The notes under the pieces were generated by a model. The model saw only the letters and a list, made by a program, of their open reading frames with translations. It searched no databases and was not told where the DNA came from. A stretch of DNA of 64,000 nt from an uncultured Ruminococcus sp. (lineage in GTDB: Bacteria; Bacillota; Clostridia; Oscillospirales; Ruminococcaceae): assembly GCA_947624255.1 (NCBI GenBank), contig CANQJO010000003.1:32852-96851 (forward strand), read 5' to 3'. Numbering within the stretch: position 1 is the stretch's first letter; the number at the start of each line of letters is the position of its first letter. This document shows positions 29,822 to 40,067 of this stretch, piece after piece. Both the position numbers and the translations under genes were made by a program.

Positions 29822-32631
29822 GAAGCATCTTCTCCCCCTTGAAAATAACTGTCTATGTCAATGAAGATCTCTCCCGCACTGACCGTACCGTTTTTCATAT
29901 CGGTGATGACCTTTGTGCCGTCGGAATATTCAGTGGTGATGATATCTCCCGAAACATCGTACTCCTCAATAGTGCAGGCGCCGATCTTTTCAAGGAGCGG
30001 ACGCAGCAGAGCATACTCCTCTCCGGCAGTGTCTGTCCGGCCGCTGCTTTCCGCATAAAAGAGCGTATCAAGCTCTGTATCTTTCAGAACGCTTGTCTCT
30101 TCGCAGATCATATCGTACCTTAGACAGCTTCCGGTCGCTGCCGCCATAAGCAGCATGGTACGGGAGTCGGCACTGCCGTTCACAGCCGTGGTGGAGTACG
30201 GCACAAGTCCGTGAACGACTATCTGATAAAAGGGGATATCTCTGTCGAAAATATCAAATCTGCTTGAGCTGAGCGGAACATTCTTTATATGGCTCACATA
30301 GGGCAGTGCATAGGCGTTTGCTCCGTCTGCGATAATTCCCCCCGGGAGAGTTTCGTCCAGCCGGCTATAGCTCTCGGTGAGCAGATCCATAGCATCGCTG
30401 CGTGAGGTCGTATGCCTGCCGTAGTCTCCGTAGAGGGAGGTCGTCAGCTTTGAGGCGGCAACGCCGTAAAGCCCCGATCCGGCATAGCTTTCGGCAATGC
30501 CGGAGGACACTTTTCCGAAATATTCGGGTGAAAGCAGAGAGAGATTTTTCCTAAATCCGTCGGGAATGCCGTATGCCCTGTCATAGCTGACGATGCGTGA
30601 ATAAGCTCCCGATATCCTCACCGCCGTATCGGTAAAGGAGTAGTAGCCGTTTCCTGAGCGGAAATCTCTGTTGTCCGATGCAGGATATAAGCTCCAGCCG
30701 TTGCCGCTCACATAGCTTTTCAATGAGGAGAATCCTTTTTTTCCGCCAAGAATATGCGCCGGAACAGCATCGGTATCAATTTTATTGCCGATGCCGTCAT
30801 TCGTCCAGTTTTCGTAAGATATGACCATATCCTCTGCGCCGCTGCCTTTCAGCCGTGAGAGTATCCCCTCCGCCTGTTCAAAGCTCGTCACGGACTGTTT
30901 CACCGTCATGGGTATGCCGAGTATTGACTTCTTTTTCTGCACGCCGCCGTACAGGTCGATATACAGCGGAGCAGTATTCTCATCAGTGCGGACGGTCATG
31001 CCCTTTTCCTCAATGAGATACCGTCTGTACCGCCGTGCGATGCCGGAGTAGTCCGCACTCCCCCCGGAAACGGGATAATAACGCATCTCGATATCGCCGG
31101 TCTTGATACCGCCGTTTTCAAATACCGTAAAGGCTTCATTGCCGTTTCCCGACATATAGTATGTGTCCGTTCCTCGCAGCACAAAGGTAAAATTGCAGAA
31201 ATTATATCGTGTTCCGGGATCTCCCGAAACCTGAACATTCAGCCGGGCGTTGGCATCTCCCCGAGCTGCGACCGCAAGCAGGGCGTTATTCTCTTTGACA
31301 ATACCATAGACCGGGAGGTATATCTGCTCGGTGACAGCTCCCCTTGACGTGGGAACAGCAGTTATATCACGTCCGTAGACAGGCTGAGAGTAGGAGGAGG
31401 CTTCCATAGACTTATTATTATTGAAATTGACGATCGCTCCGCAGCCGTCGGGAATGACAAAATATCCCTCCTCCTCATCAGAGGCAGCCCCGAAGCTCCC
31501 CATGATCGTTACTTCGGTGGCAATATTCGAGCTGTTTGTCTCGGTGATCGAATCGGCTTTCAGGAGTGCTTTCAGGCAGTCCTCCTCAAGAGTATATTCC
31601 ACGGGGATAGTAAATCCTGCATCATATGAATATTCCACACGAATTCCGTTCTCAATGTCAGTGACGGAGATATCACATTCATCGGAAAACGAGGCAAGAG
31701 GATTTGTATTGTTCCTCCTCTGCGGAACACCGTAATTCATAGTATTTGAGGATCTCATGCGCCGTACAAGAGCTTCATTTGCAGAGGTATCCTGTGAGGC
31801 ATCGGGAGGTGTTGACCACCAGATGTATCCTGTCTCCTTGTTTTCAAGTCCTATGACAGCATCTCTGTAGTCTGCGATCATTCTGTAGCTGCTGTTTTCG
31901 GCGCAGCATCGGAACACTCCGTAAAAGCGTGTCATATCCTCCGAGAGCTGTGCATACTCGTCCGCAGTTTCGCCGGTGTAGATCCTCATGCCGTTTTCTG
32001 TGCGTGAAAAGGTGAACTGCGCATCAGTGGACTTATTATCCTCCGTCATTATCATAAGCGTTTTGCCGTCATCTGTAAGGAACGCATTTTTGCTGTCGAG
32101 AGTGGATATCACCCGACAGACATTTTTTATCCTGCCGCTGTCGTCCGTTATGACAAGGAATCTTCCGCCTGTGCTGATGTAGCGTATTTCTCCGTCCCTG
32201 TCGGCCAATTTGTTGAACCGTGCTACCGCTCCGGAGCTGCTCAGAGCAGCGGCATCTCCTATCTCTTTAGCAGTCTTGATATCGGCTTCGGCGGCATTTA
32301 CTTCCTGCTGACGCTGACCGCTGATATCCTCATCTTTCTCCGGTTTTCCGCCGTGAGATGCCCATATCTCCTCCTCATAATTTTCATCTCTTATGTAGAA
32401 TTCTATCCCCTCTGCGCTTCCTGCAAAAGTGAGGAGTTTCTCCGCATCAGCCGGCTTAAAATCGGGAGTTTCCACCGCTTCACCACGCTTTTCTTCGGGA
32501 GAGTCTTCGCTGTCGGTATATACCTCTGCACCGCCCGAAACGCCTGACGGAGCATAGCGGAGATCTCCTCCGGAGGTAAATGCCGAAACAGCTGCGAGAA
32601 TTGCCGCAATATATTTTATTGTCCTTAGCAA
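29818..32631 (-). CDS. Large secreted protein, DUF5696-like
   Basis: Signal peptide; GYIWWSTP, GYFVIPDGCGA, LPVYGIV, FYQIVVHG motifs recalled from DUF5696 proteins of such ABC clusters. Confidence 0.7.
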   Translation of the reverse strand: MLRTIKYIAAILAAVSAFTSGGDLRYAPSGVSGGAEVYTDSEDSPEEKRGEAVETPDFKPADAEKLLTFAGSAEGIEFYIRDENYEEEIWASHGGKPEKDEDISGQRQQEVNAAEADIKTAKEIGDAAALSSSGAVARFNKLADRDGEIRYISTGGRFLVITDDSGRIKNVCRVISTLDSKNAFLTDDGKTLMIMTEDNKSTDAQFTFSRTENGMRIYTGETADEYAQLSEDMTRFYGVFRCCAENSSYRMIADYRDAVIGLENKETGYIWWSTPPDASQDTSANEALVRRMRSSNTMNYGVPQRRNNTNPLASFSDECDISVTDIENGIRVEYSYDAGFTIPVEYTLEEDCLKALLKADSITETNSSNIATEVTIMGSFGAASDEEEGYFVIPDGCGAIVNFNNNKSMEASSYSQPVYGRDITAVPTSRGAVTEQIYLPVYGIVKENNALLAVAARGDANARLNVQVSGDPGTRYNFCNFTFVLRGTDTYYMSGNGNEAFTVFENGGIKTGDIEMRYYPVSGGSADYSGIARRYRRYLIEEKGMTVRTDENTAPLYIDLYGGVQKKKSILGIPMTVKQSVTSFEQAEGILSRLKGSGAEDMVISYENWTNDGIGNKIDTDAVPAHILGGKKGFSSLKSYVSGNGWSLYPASDNRDFRSGNGYYSFTDTAVRISGAYSRIVSYDRAYGIPDGFRKNLSLLSPEYFGKVSSGIAESYAGSGLYGVAASKLTTSLYGDYGRHTTSRSDAMDLLTESYSRLDETLPGGIIADGANAYALPYVSHIKNVPLSSSRFDIFDRDIPFYQIVVHGLVPYSTTAVNGSADSRTMLLMAAATGSCLRYDMICEETSVLKDTELDTLFYAESSGRTDTAGEEYALLRPLLEKIGACTIEEYDVSGDIITTEYSDGTKVITDMKNGTVSAGEIFIDIDSYFQGGEDAS

Positions 32632-32647
32632 TGAGATACACCTCCCT

Positions 32648-32711
32648 TATACCGATCTCACTCTAAAATCCGAAAATCTTTGCGAAGATCCTGCACGGTC
32701 CTTATCAGTAT
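32648..32711 (-). repeat. Dispersed structured repeat, short form (copy C)
   Basis: Reverse complement reads atactga..accgtgcaggatcttcgcaaaga..ggattttagagtgagatcggtata. Confidence 0.85.
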
Positions 32712-32732
32712 CGGAATTCCTGACAGGCAGCC

Positions 32733-34802
32733 CTAAACTCGTATCCTGTAGGAGATCTCCGTATAGAGCGTTGAAATAAAGATATAGACCTGCTGTATCA
32801 GCGACATGAAAAGCACCAGCAGGAAAAGCATAACAGCCATTGCCGCAAATGTAAGCAGCACCGAGCCTGCTGTTCTCAGGGGAGAATATTGGTGGACTGA
32901 CTTGACCGCCGAGAACATCAGTATCACCGTCCATGCAATGCCGATGATCTGCACCGCCTGAAGAAATACGTATTCGTCCCGTATCAATATGTGCGAGAGA
33001 AATGTTCCGATAAAAAGCTGCGCCGTATACGGAACAAGCGCATATGCGCTGTAGATGAAGATATTCCGAACCGAGCCCTCTCCGTCGAGGAATGTAGAGA
33101 CAGCTCTTCCGGCGATCACCCATGCTCCGAAGAGCACGAAACTCCTGATGATATACGGCATAATCGAGAACGTCTTGTCATATGAAGCTCCGAACTGAAA
33201 GCCGGAAAGTCTTCCGCTGACGATCTCTCCGGCAAAAAGCAGCACAAGCACCACGGCGGCAACTTTGACCGAGCCTGATTTTTTCCAACGCATATCCTCA
33301 AATCCCTCGATCGGGTGCATGACAGTATACCTGAGCCGACCGTTCTTCTCCCACTTGTTAAGATTCTCTTCCGGGTGCTTTTTACGGCGGTATTTTTTTA
33401 GGAGAAATACTCCCGCCGACAATACAATTATCCCGAGAAACAGCTCTCCGCCGTATCGCTCCGTAAGCAGTGAGCGGTATCCCTCAAACGCCTCGTCGTA
33501 CACCTTCGGAGATGCCGCAAGCCGTGCATACTTCATTGCTTCTCTGTAACGCTCCTGCCGCAGAAGTCCGCAGGCTATGCCGAGATATGCTCTTGTGTAG
33601 TTTCCGTCCCTGCGCAGTACCTCGTACCACGAGCCGAGAGCCTCCACATAGAAACCGTCATTATACATCTCATTTGCCTTGTGGACGATACCTCCGAAAT
33701 CCGTCTCTTTGAAGATCGTCACCGTATTTTTCGCAGAATCAGCCACATATAGCCTTGTGCCGTATGATTCGAGAGCTGACGGAGTCTCAAAGCCTCCCTC
33801 CTGATGAGCCTTTGCTCCCATGATGAAAAGCAGAGCGCAGTTCTCATCATACTGAAAAATACGTCCGGTAGTGTAGTCAAGGCAGTTGATACAGCCGTTT
33901 TCAGAGATGTCGATATCAATGAAAGCCGTCTCTAAAAGCTGATTCTGAGCCGCATCGTACATGGGAGTATGGTCGCCGAAAGTAAGTTCAAGATCTGCAA
34001 AAATATTTTTTCCTGCTCCTCCCAATTTTTTTACGATGTCCACTTTTGAAGACGATGATGAGGTGCAGGTATAAATAAAGTCTCCCCGAATGTCAAATCC
34101 CGAGATACCGGCAGGGATATTCCGGGTACGGCGTGCTTTTTTCTCCTCGGAGGAGAAAAAGCTCTCAAAATTATCTCTTATGACCTCAGCCGTAGGCTCT
34201 GTTCTGTTTGCGCCGTAATATCCGGCGAAACTGCCGTCGGGAGCAAACATAGCCGCTCCGGTGGTAATGCTGCTGAGGACGACATAGATATTGCCTGCCT
34301 TATCGGCAATGACTTTCTGCGGAATGAATGTGGGAGCAGTGTAAAGCTCCGACTGAGGCCTCGTTATCTCGGTGATGACCTTACCGCCGGACACAGCAAG
34401 CACCCGTGAGTTTCCGCTGTCCGCAATATACATTACTCCGTCAGAGACATACACTCCGGTTGGAGCGTTAAGTTCTGTGATACTGCCGTCAGGCTCAGTG
34501 AAGCTGTCGTAAACATTAAAAACATTTTCGAGCAGGCTGTCTGTTTCGATTATCCGATCATTATCACTGTCAGCGATATAGAGCGTTCCGTCACCGGTGA
34601 AAAACAGATCTGCCGGAGCACTGAGCGCTCCTAAGCCCATGTCATATCCTGAGACGACCTTTTCGGGAATATAGCCTGCCTGTGAGGGTACGGCCTCTCC
34701 AAAGCGGTCGTATGTATAAACCTCATAGGGAACATCCGCATGAGCTTTCAGAGGTATCATCAGCAGAAAAATTCCGAGAAATACGGCAAAAAATCTTTTC
34801 AT
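32733..34802 (-). CDS. NHL-repeat/TPR-like/Yip1 fusion membrane protein
   Basis: NHL motifs LYIADSDNDRI, MYIADSGNSRV, LYVADSAKNTV; helical segment; YTVMHPIEGFEDMRW and five TM helices (Yip1-like). Confidence 0.8.
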   Translation of the reverse strand: MKRFFAVFLGIFLLMIPLKAHADVPYEVYTYDRFGEAVPSQAGYIPEKVVSGYDMGLGALSAPADLFFTGDGTLYIADSDNDRIIETDSLLENVFNVYDSFTEPDGSITELNAPTGVYVSDGVMYIADSGNSRVLAVSGGKVITEITRPQSELYTAPTFIPQKVIADKAGNIYVVLSSITTGAAMFAPDGSFAGYYGANRTEPTAEVIRDNFESFFSSEEKKARRTRNIPAGISGFDIRGDFIYTCTSSSSSKVDIVKKLGGAGKNIFADLELTFGDHTPMYDAAQNQLLETAFIDIDISENGCINCLDYTTGRIFQYDENCALLFIMGAKAHQEGGFETPSALESYGTRLYVADSAKNTVTIFKETDFGGIVHKANEMYNDGFYVEALGSWYEVLRRDGNYTRAYLGIACGLLRQERYREAMKYARLAASPKVYDEAFEGYRSLLTERYGGELFLGIIVLSAGVFLLKKYRRKKHPEENLNKWEKNGRLRYTVMHPIEGFEDMRWKKSGSVKVAAVVLVLLFAGEIVSGRLSGFQFGASYDKTFSIMPYIIRSFVLFGAWVIAGRAVSTFLDGEGSVRNIFIYSAYALVPYTAQLFIGTFLSHILIRDEYVFLQAVQIIGIAWTVILMFSAVKSVHQYSPLRTAGSVLLTFAAMAVMLFLLVLFMSLIQQVYIFISTLYTEISYRIRV

Positions 34803-34805
34803 AGC

Positions 34806-35681
34806 CTACTCCTTTATCCCGGAGTGCGCCATGGTCTCAATGACGTATCTCTGTGCGAAAATGAAAACAATGACCGGCGGTATCAGCAGAAATACTGCCG
34901 CCGCCATAGCGATCCCTGCACGTGCCATTCCGGAGGAGGCTGCCTGCATCACTGCTGTGGGCAGTGTCTTGTACTGCTCATCGAATATGAGCGATCCCGA
35001 CTGTATGTTCCACGCCGACCCGAATGCGAATATCATCAGTGTCATAAGAGCCGGCTTCTGATTGGGAATTACTATCTGCCGGCATATGCGGAAAAGTCCT
35101 GCGCCGTCCACCTTTGCCGCATCTATTACGGAGTCAGGCATCCGGAGCATTGACTGCCGCATCAGAAAAAGTCCCATAGGTGACGCTACGGAGGGCAGTA
35201 TCAGTGCCGCAGGATCGTTTATCAGGTGAAGTCTTGACAAGACGATATACTGCATTATGTAGATCACATTGCTCTGATAAAGCAGTGCCGTGACTATCAG
35301 TGCATTTATTGCTTTGCTGCCGGGAAATTGACACTTCGCCAGAACAAAGGCTGCCATTGAAACGCTTACGCATTGCAGGACCGTCACCGATACGGTGATG
35401 AAAACGCTGTTGAATACATACCTCGAAAACGGCACACGGTTCTCACGGAGAGCTGCAAACATATCAGAGAAATTATCCGTTGTCGGGCGCAGCGTGTAGA
35501 GCTTCGGCGGAAAGATGAACAGCTCCTCCACAGGCTTTACAGAGGTCACCACTGTCAGATATATGGGAAATGCCATAAAGATACCCAACACGGTCAGAAA
35601 CAAAAATATCCCCACCGTACCGGCATATTTTCTGCCGGCAGGTCTGTTTGAGGCTTTTAGCCTGTGAGCCATTTTCATCAC
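34806..35681 (-). CDS. Carbohydrate ABC transporter permease
   Basis: LFLMRQSM..MPDSVIDAAKVDGAG. Confidence 0.92.
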   Translation of the reverse strand: MMKMAHRLKASNRPAGRKYAGTVGIFLFLTVLGIFMAFPIYLTVVTSVKPVEELFIFPPKLYTLRPTTDNFSDMFAALRENRVPFSRYVFNSVFITVSVTVLQCVSVSMAAFVLAKCQFPGSKAINALIVTALLYQSNVIYIMQYIVLSRLHLINDPAALILPSVASPMGLFLMRQSMLRMPDSVIDAAKVDGAGLFRICRQIVIPNQKPALMTLMIFAFGSAWNIQSGSLIFDEQYKTLPTAVMQAASSGMARAGIAMAAAVFLLIPPVIVFIFAQRYVIETMAHSGIKE

Positions 35682-35712
35682 CGCCTTTTGTCAGAGAGAA
35701 AAATCATACAGA

Positions 35713-36636
35713 TCACAGATCATCTGCGGAGAGAAGCCTGCCTATGATCTTGTTGCATATGAACATCATCAGAAAAATTATCATGCAGATCGCCGAGGCA
35801 TATCCCATTTCATACCGCAGCCAGCCATAGTCGTAGGCGTGCGACATCATCGTATCCGCCTGATAGTCCGTACTTGGAAGTCCGACAAGGTTCTGAGCTA
35901 CCGTTCCTGCCGTGAACGAGCTGACGATCTGCATTACCGCCGCAAACAGGAGCTGCGGCTTCATGGAGGGTATTGTTATATAGACAAGCTCCTGCCACCG
36001 TGAGTTCAATCCCTCGATAGCTGCTGCCTCATATTGTGAACGGTCGATATTCTGAAAGCCTGCTCTCAGGGCAAGAAAGCCTGCTCCGAGCGAGATCCAA
36101 AGCTGCACCGCTATCGTCACCCAAAGGACATACCGACCATCGGTGAGCCACTGTATCGGTGAGGTTATTATCCCGGTATCCATGAGAAACGAGTTCAGAT
36201 AGCCGTTCATATCTCCGCTGAAAATAAGCTGCCAGACGGTGTACACTCCCGCAAATGAGGGTATGTAGAATATCAGCGTAAAGAGAGTTCTGAAAAACGG
36301 GGGAAGCTCGTTTATCAGCCACGCAAGCAGAAAACAGAGGATATAGCTCAGCGGTCCGGTGAAAAATGCGAATATCATAGTGGTGCGTATTGATCTGAGA
36401 AATATCTTATCCGAAAAGAACAGCGCCCGATAGTTGGAAAATCCCACAAATCGGGGTTTATTCACCATGTCGAAGTCTGTAAATCCTATGGGGAGCGACA
36501 TTACTACCGGCACAACGGTAAATATCAGAAAGAGTATCATAAAGGGCGCAAGCATACCGTAGCAGGCGGCATTTTTCTTTATATCCTTCCACAGGACTGA
36601 GCTGCTCCGACCCGAGCTCTTTTTCATGACGATCAC
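35713..36636 (-). CDS. Carbohydrate ABC transporter permease
   Basis: AGFQNIDRSQYEAAAIEGLNSRWQEL, EMGYASAI. Confidence 0.92.
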   Translation of the reverse strand: MIVMKKSSGRSSSVLWKDIKKNAACYGMLAPFMILFLIFTVVPVVMSLPIGFTDFDMVNKPRFVGFSNYRALFFSDKIFLRSIRTTMIFAFFTGPLSYILCFLLAWLINELPPFFRTLFTLIFYIPSFAGVYTVWQLIFSGDMNGYLNSFLMDTGIITSPIQWLTDGRYVLWVTIAVQLWISLGAGFLALRAGFQNIDRSQYEAAAIEGLNSRWQELVYITIPSMKPQLLFAAVMQIVSSFTAGTVAQNLVGLPSTDYQADTMMSHAYDYGWLRYEMGYASAICMIIFLMMFICNKIIGRLLSADDL

Positions 36637-39566
36637 CCTCCCTTTTCAGAAGATGCAGCGGCACGCCGCCCGATCTCCTCGTTTATCTCCTTGTTGTACC
36701 GGATAAGCGTATCTCGCGGGTTTTCATGCTGATTTACCGTCTCACGAAAAGCATTCATTATGTTTCTTGTCACGGCATACGATGCCTGAATTATCGGCAG
36801 CTCTGCAAGCTCCTCCTGCTGCGCACGCAGGCGTGAAAGCTGCTGTGCCGACCAAGAAAGCTGTCCGAGAGCCTCAAGATTCGCCGTGTCGAAACGTCCG
36901 AGAATTCCGGAGATGCCCTCTATCCGTGATGCGTACTGCACCTGTGTATCAGCTCTTGTGAACCATTCGATAAAGCGCCATGCGTCCTCTTTATTTTTTG
37001 CACTGTTGAATATGACTGCTCCCGAGCCGTTGGAATTTGCCGCATGAGAGACTGTGCCGTCAGCCTGTTTTGTGCCGGGAACAGGGCAGAATTCCCACAG
37101 ACCGCTTATCTCCGGAGAGGCTGCTTCAAGCTTGTTTGCAAAAGTATAGTCCTGAATGACGATCGGGTACTCTCCTGTTCTGAAACGGCTGAAAGCATCG
37201 TATGTCTGCTCGAACGAGTATTCGGTGTAGAAGTCCGTCCATTCTTCAAAGGAATCTACCGCATCGGCGCTGTCAAGCACAGAGGCTGAGAGTGTGCTGT
37301 CATAGTAGTTCATTCCCTTCTGGAGCATCAGCATGGCAAATGTATGCCCTGTCTCCGTGGCAGGAGACACACCTGCTGACGGAAGAACAAGCCCGACAGA
37401 CATATAACTCCTTTGTATCGCAGGGAGCATATCCCTCAACTCGTCCCATGTTTCGGGAGGATGGTCAAAACCAAGCTGAGTGAGGATATCCGTCCGATAA
37501 AACATCATTGGGAAACTCTGACTTATGGGGATACCGTAAATTCTGCCGTTGTATGTATACTGAGTGAGTGCGCTTTTCTGAAAACGCTCTGTCACAGCAG
37601 AGAGATCATCAAACCGGGTGAGATCGGTAAGCAACCCCCTTGACGCAAGGTTCACGGGAAACTCTCCTCCCAGAAAAAGCGCCGCATCGGGAGCTTCACC
37701 GGCAAGGGCAGCCTCTACCACTCCGCTTGTTACAAGACTTACGGCAACGGGAATACCGTATTCAGGCATGAACCTGCTTTCGGTCAGCTCTCTGACAGCC
37801 TGTGCCTGATCACGTCCGAGACTTATCCAGACATTCACAGCTTCATCGTCACTCACACCGGAGAGTGCGGTGTAGTCCTCAAAGAAAGAGCCGATAAATG
37901 ACTTGAACCGGAATACAGCCGATCTGCCGAGGCTTTTTTTACAATCGGAAAAGCTCTCATCGGCAGAGGCAAATTCAATATAGTCGATCTCAAGAGGCTG
38001 GTCACGGTACTCTTTTGTCCATGCGTAAACAGCGGTCATGCTCTCCTTTATCTGCGCAAGGTAGGAGGGAATTTTCAAGGGCTTTTCAGTACATTTGTCA
38101 AGTACGACCGTCAGCCGCTCGATTATCGCCGCCTCAGAGCCTGATGAGCCGGAAAGCGATTCGATCTCCCTTTGTGCGCTTTTCAGTTCGCCGGAGATGC
38201 GGCTCAATTCGTCAACAAGTCCGGGAATTTTTTCGTGAACGTAATAATCGGTGTATTTATCGGGAGCAGGTCCCGTTATCATAAGTATCTGCCTGTAGCA
38301 TGAATTCAGATCGTCAACGGCATTGTCTATCCTCATCAGCGAGCTTCCCGTTTCACCGGGAACAGCTTCCATAGTGAGAGTGTGGTCAGATGCGGCATCA
38401 AGGTAGATGTACAGGTCATCGCCGTCTGCTTTCGGTGTGACGATGTTCCAGTCTCTGCCGTAGAAAAATTTCACCCGATCGAGTTCCTGACACGGAACAG
38501 TTCCGTCAATATAGATCCTCCTGACGGAGTACATACCTCTCATTTCGTCCTGACGTGCCTTTATCCCGATTTTGTACAGACCGGAGCACGGAATTTCTTC
38601 ACGGGGGATTTCCCACGTGACAGACTGTCCTGTTTTTTTCCAGCTTTCATCGCCGATCGTGTTGTATCTCAGCTTCACCGGATCGGAGGGAGAAACATTA
38701 CAGCTTGTATTATCATATGTGGGACCAAGAGAAGGATCGGACTTATATGCCGCATTTTCGCCCTCTATGCGGAATACTCCCCCGGTGTTATTTTGTGAGC
38801 TGCCGGGCTGTGCGGAGACATATTCGCTGTAGGAGGGGATCTCTCTGTTAAAGAAGCGGAAACTCTCAAGAGCAAATCCGCCGCCCTGCGAAGAAAGCTC
38901 CACACGGTGAGAGCCTTTTTCAAAATAAAAAACAAGGGGCTGAGCGAAAAGACCGTCCGGGTCGGAGATGACTTGGGTGAGGAGTTTCTCCGTCTGCACC
39001 TGAACGGGGCGGACATCGTTGCCATGAGAGTCCCTGAGTATATCATTTTCGCTTACCCACACCCTGCTGAGCATAAGGCGTGATGCCTGCTCATAGGGCA
39101 GAACACCGTCAATGGTCACGGATAGCTCTATTCCGGTGCGCACCGTACTCATGGGGCAGTATTTCATTTCAAGACAGTATATGCCTGTTTCGGGGATATC
39201 GACGGTATAGGAGACAGCTCCCTGACCGTCATGCCACAGGAGGACATTATCGGCAGTGATTCCCTGAATTATGTAATCTCCGGCAGAAGCTCCGCCCTCT
39301 GCCGAAATGAAGTCTCCTCCGCTGAGGCATACCTCGCACTCCGGGCGGCTTTTGTCGGAATGGAGTGCGAGATACTCTCCATAGGAGAGTATCTTCGTAT
39401 CGAGAGGCTCAATAGAATAATAATCCTGCGCCATTGCGGAGTATGTCTCCGGTGAGGCGTAATATTCCTGTTCAGCGGCAAGAGCTGCGGCAGGGATAAT
39501 GAAACCTGCAAAGGTAAGACAGCTCAGCAAAGCAGCAACAGCTTTTGCGGTAATATTTTTTCTCAC
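36633..39566 (-). CDS. Very large extracellular solute-binding protein (977 aa) with N-terminal beta-rich modules
   Basis: Signal peptide; C-terminal SBP motifs YGIPISQSFPMMFYRTDIL, PPETWDEL, AWRFIEWF. Confidence 0.85.
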   Translation of the reverse strand: MRKNITAKAVAALLSCLTFAGFIIPAAALAAEQEYYASPETYSAMAQDYYSIEPLDTKILSYGEYLALHSDKSRPECEVCLSGGDFISAEGGASAGDYIIQGITADNVLLWHDGQGAVSYTVDIPETGIYCLEMKYCPMSTVRTGIELSVTIDGVLPYEQASRLMLSRVWVSENDILRDSHGNDVRPVQVQTEKLLTQVISDPDGLFAQPLVFYFEKGSHRVELSSQGGGFALESFRFFNREIPSYSEYVSAQPGSSQNNTGGVFRIEGENAAYKSDPSLGPTYDNTSCNVSPSDPVKLRYNTIGDESWKKTGQSVTWEIPREEIPCSGLYKIGIKARQDEMRGMYSVRRIYIDGTVPCQELDRVKFFYGRDWNIVTPKADGDDLYIYLDAASDHTLTMEAVPGETGSSLMRIDNAVDDLNSCYRQILMITGPAPDKYTDYYVHEKIPGLVDELSRISGELKSAQREIESLSGSSGSEAAIIERLTVVLDKCTEKPLKIPSYLAQIKESMTAVYAWTKEYRDQPLEIDYIEFASADESFSDCKKSLGRSAVFRFKSFIGSFFEDYTALSGVSDDEAVNVWISLGRDQAQAVRELTESRFMPEYGIPVAVSLVTSGVVEAALAGEAPDAALFLGGEFPVNLASRGLLTDLTRFDDLSAVTERFQKSALTQYTYNGRIYGIPISQSFPMMFYRTDILTQLGFDHPPETWDELRDMLPAIQRSYMSVGLVLPSAGVSPATETGHTFAMLMLQKGMNYYDSTLSASVLDSADAVDSFEEWTDFYTEYSFEQTYDAFSRFRTGEYPIVIQDYTFANKLEAASPEISGLWEFCPVPGTKQADGTVSHAANSNGSGAVIFNSAKNKEDAWRFIEWFTRADTQVQYASRIEGISGILGRFDTANLEALGQLSWSAQQLSRLRAQQEELAELPIIQASYAVTRNIMNAFRETVNQHENPRDTLIRYNKEINEEIGRRAAASSEKGG

Positions 39567-39646
39567 GGCTGCATCATCTCCGGCACCATATACTCGCCTC
39601 TATTGCAAAATATCCGAATTGTGCGGTCTGCAATATCGTTTAATAT

Positions 39647-39675
39647 AGTATAGCAGATTATTCCGCTGTTGTCAA
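39647..39675 (-). promoter_or_regulatory. Sigma-A promoter of ABC cluster
   Basis: TTGACA-17-TATACT on the minus strand. Confidence 0.7.
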
Positions 39676-39703
39676 ATTTACACGGTCTTTATGCTCTGCT
39701 GTC

Positions 39704-40066
39704 CTAATTTTTATCCTTTTGCTTGAAAAATACCGATGCCGTCAGTCCGAACAGCAGTGCCGCAGTAACTCCTCCTGCGGCGGCAGTAAGTCCTCCCGTG
39801 AAAATACCGAGAAACCCGTCACTTGATATCGCCTTGCGTATGCCCTCGGCAAGCAAATGACCGAATCCCGTAAGAGGTACGGTAGCTCCTGCGCCCGCAA
39901 AATCCGCAAACGGCTTGTATATCCCTACTGCCGAAAGTATCACGCCTGCCACGACATATCCCGTGAGGATACGTGCCGGAGTGAGTTTCGTGTAGTCAAT
40001 AAGGATCTGCCCCACGGCACAGAGCGCACCTCCCACAAGAAATGCTTTAATTATATCCGTCAACAT
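39704..40066 (-). CDS. spoVAE: Stage V sporulation protein AE
   Basis: AFLVGGALCAVGQILID..TPARIL, AGAGATVPLTGFG. Confidence 0.88.
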   Translation of the reverse strand: MLTDIIKAFLVGGALCAVGQILIDYTKLTPARILTGYVVAGVILSAVGIYKPFADFAGAGATVPLTGFGHLLAEGIRKAISSDGFLGIFTGGLTAAAGGVTAALLFGLTASVFFKQKDKN

Positions 40067-40067
40067 A

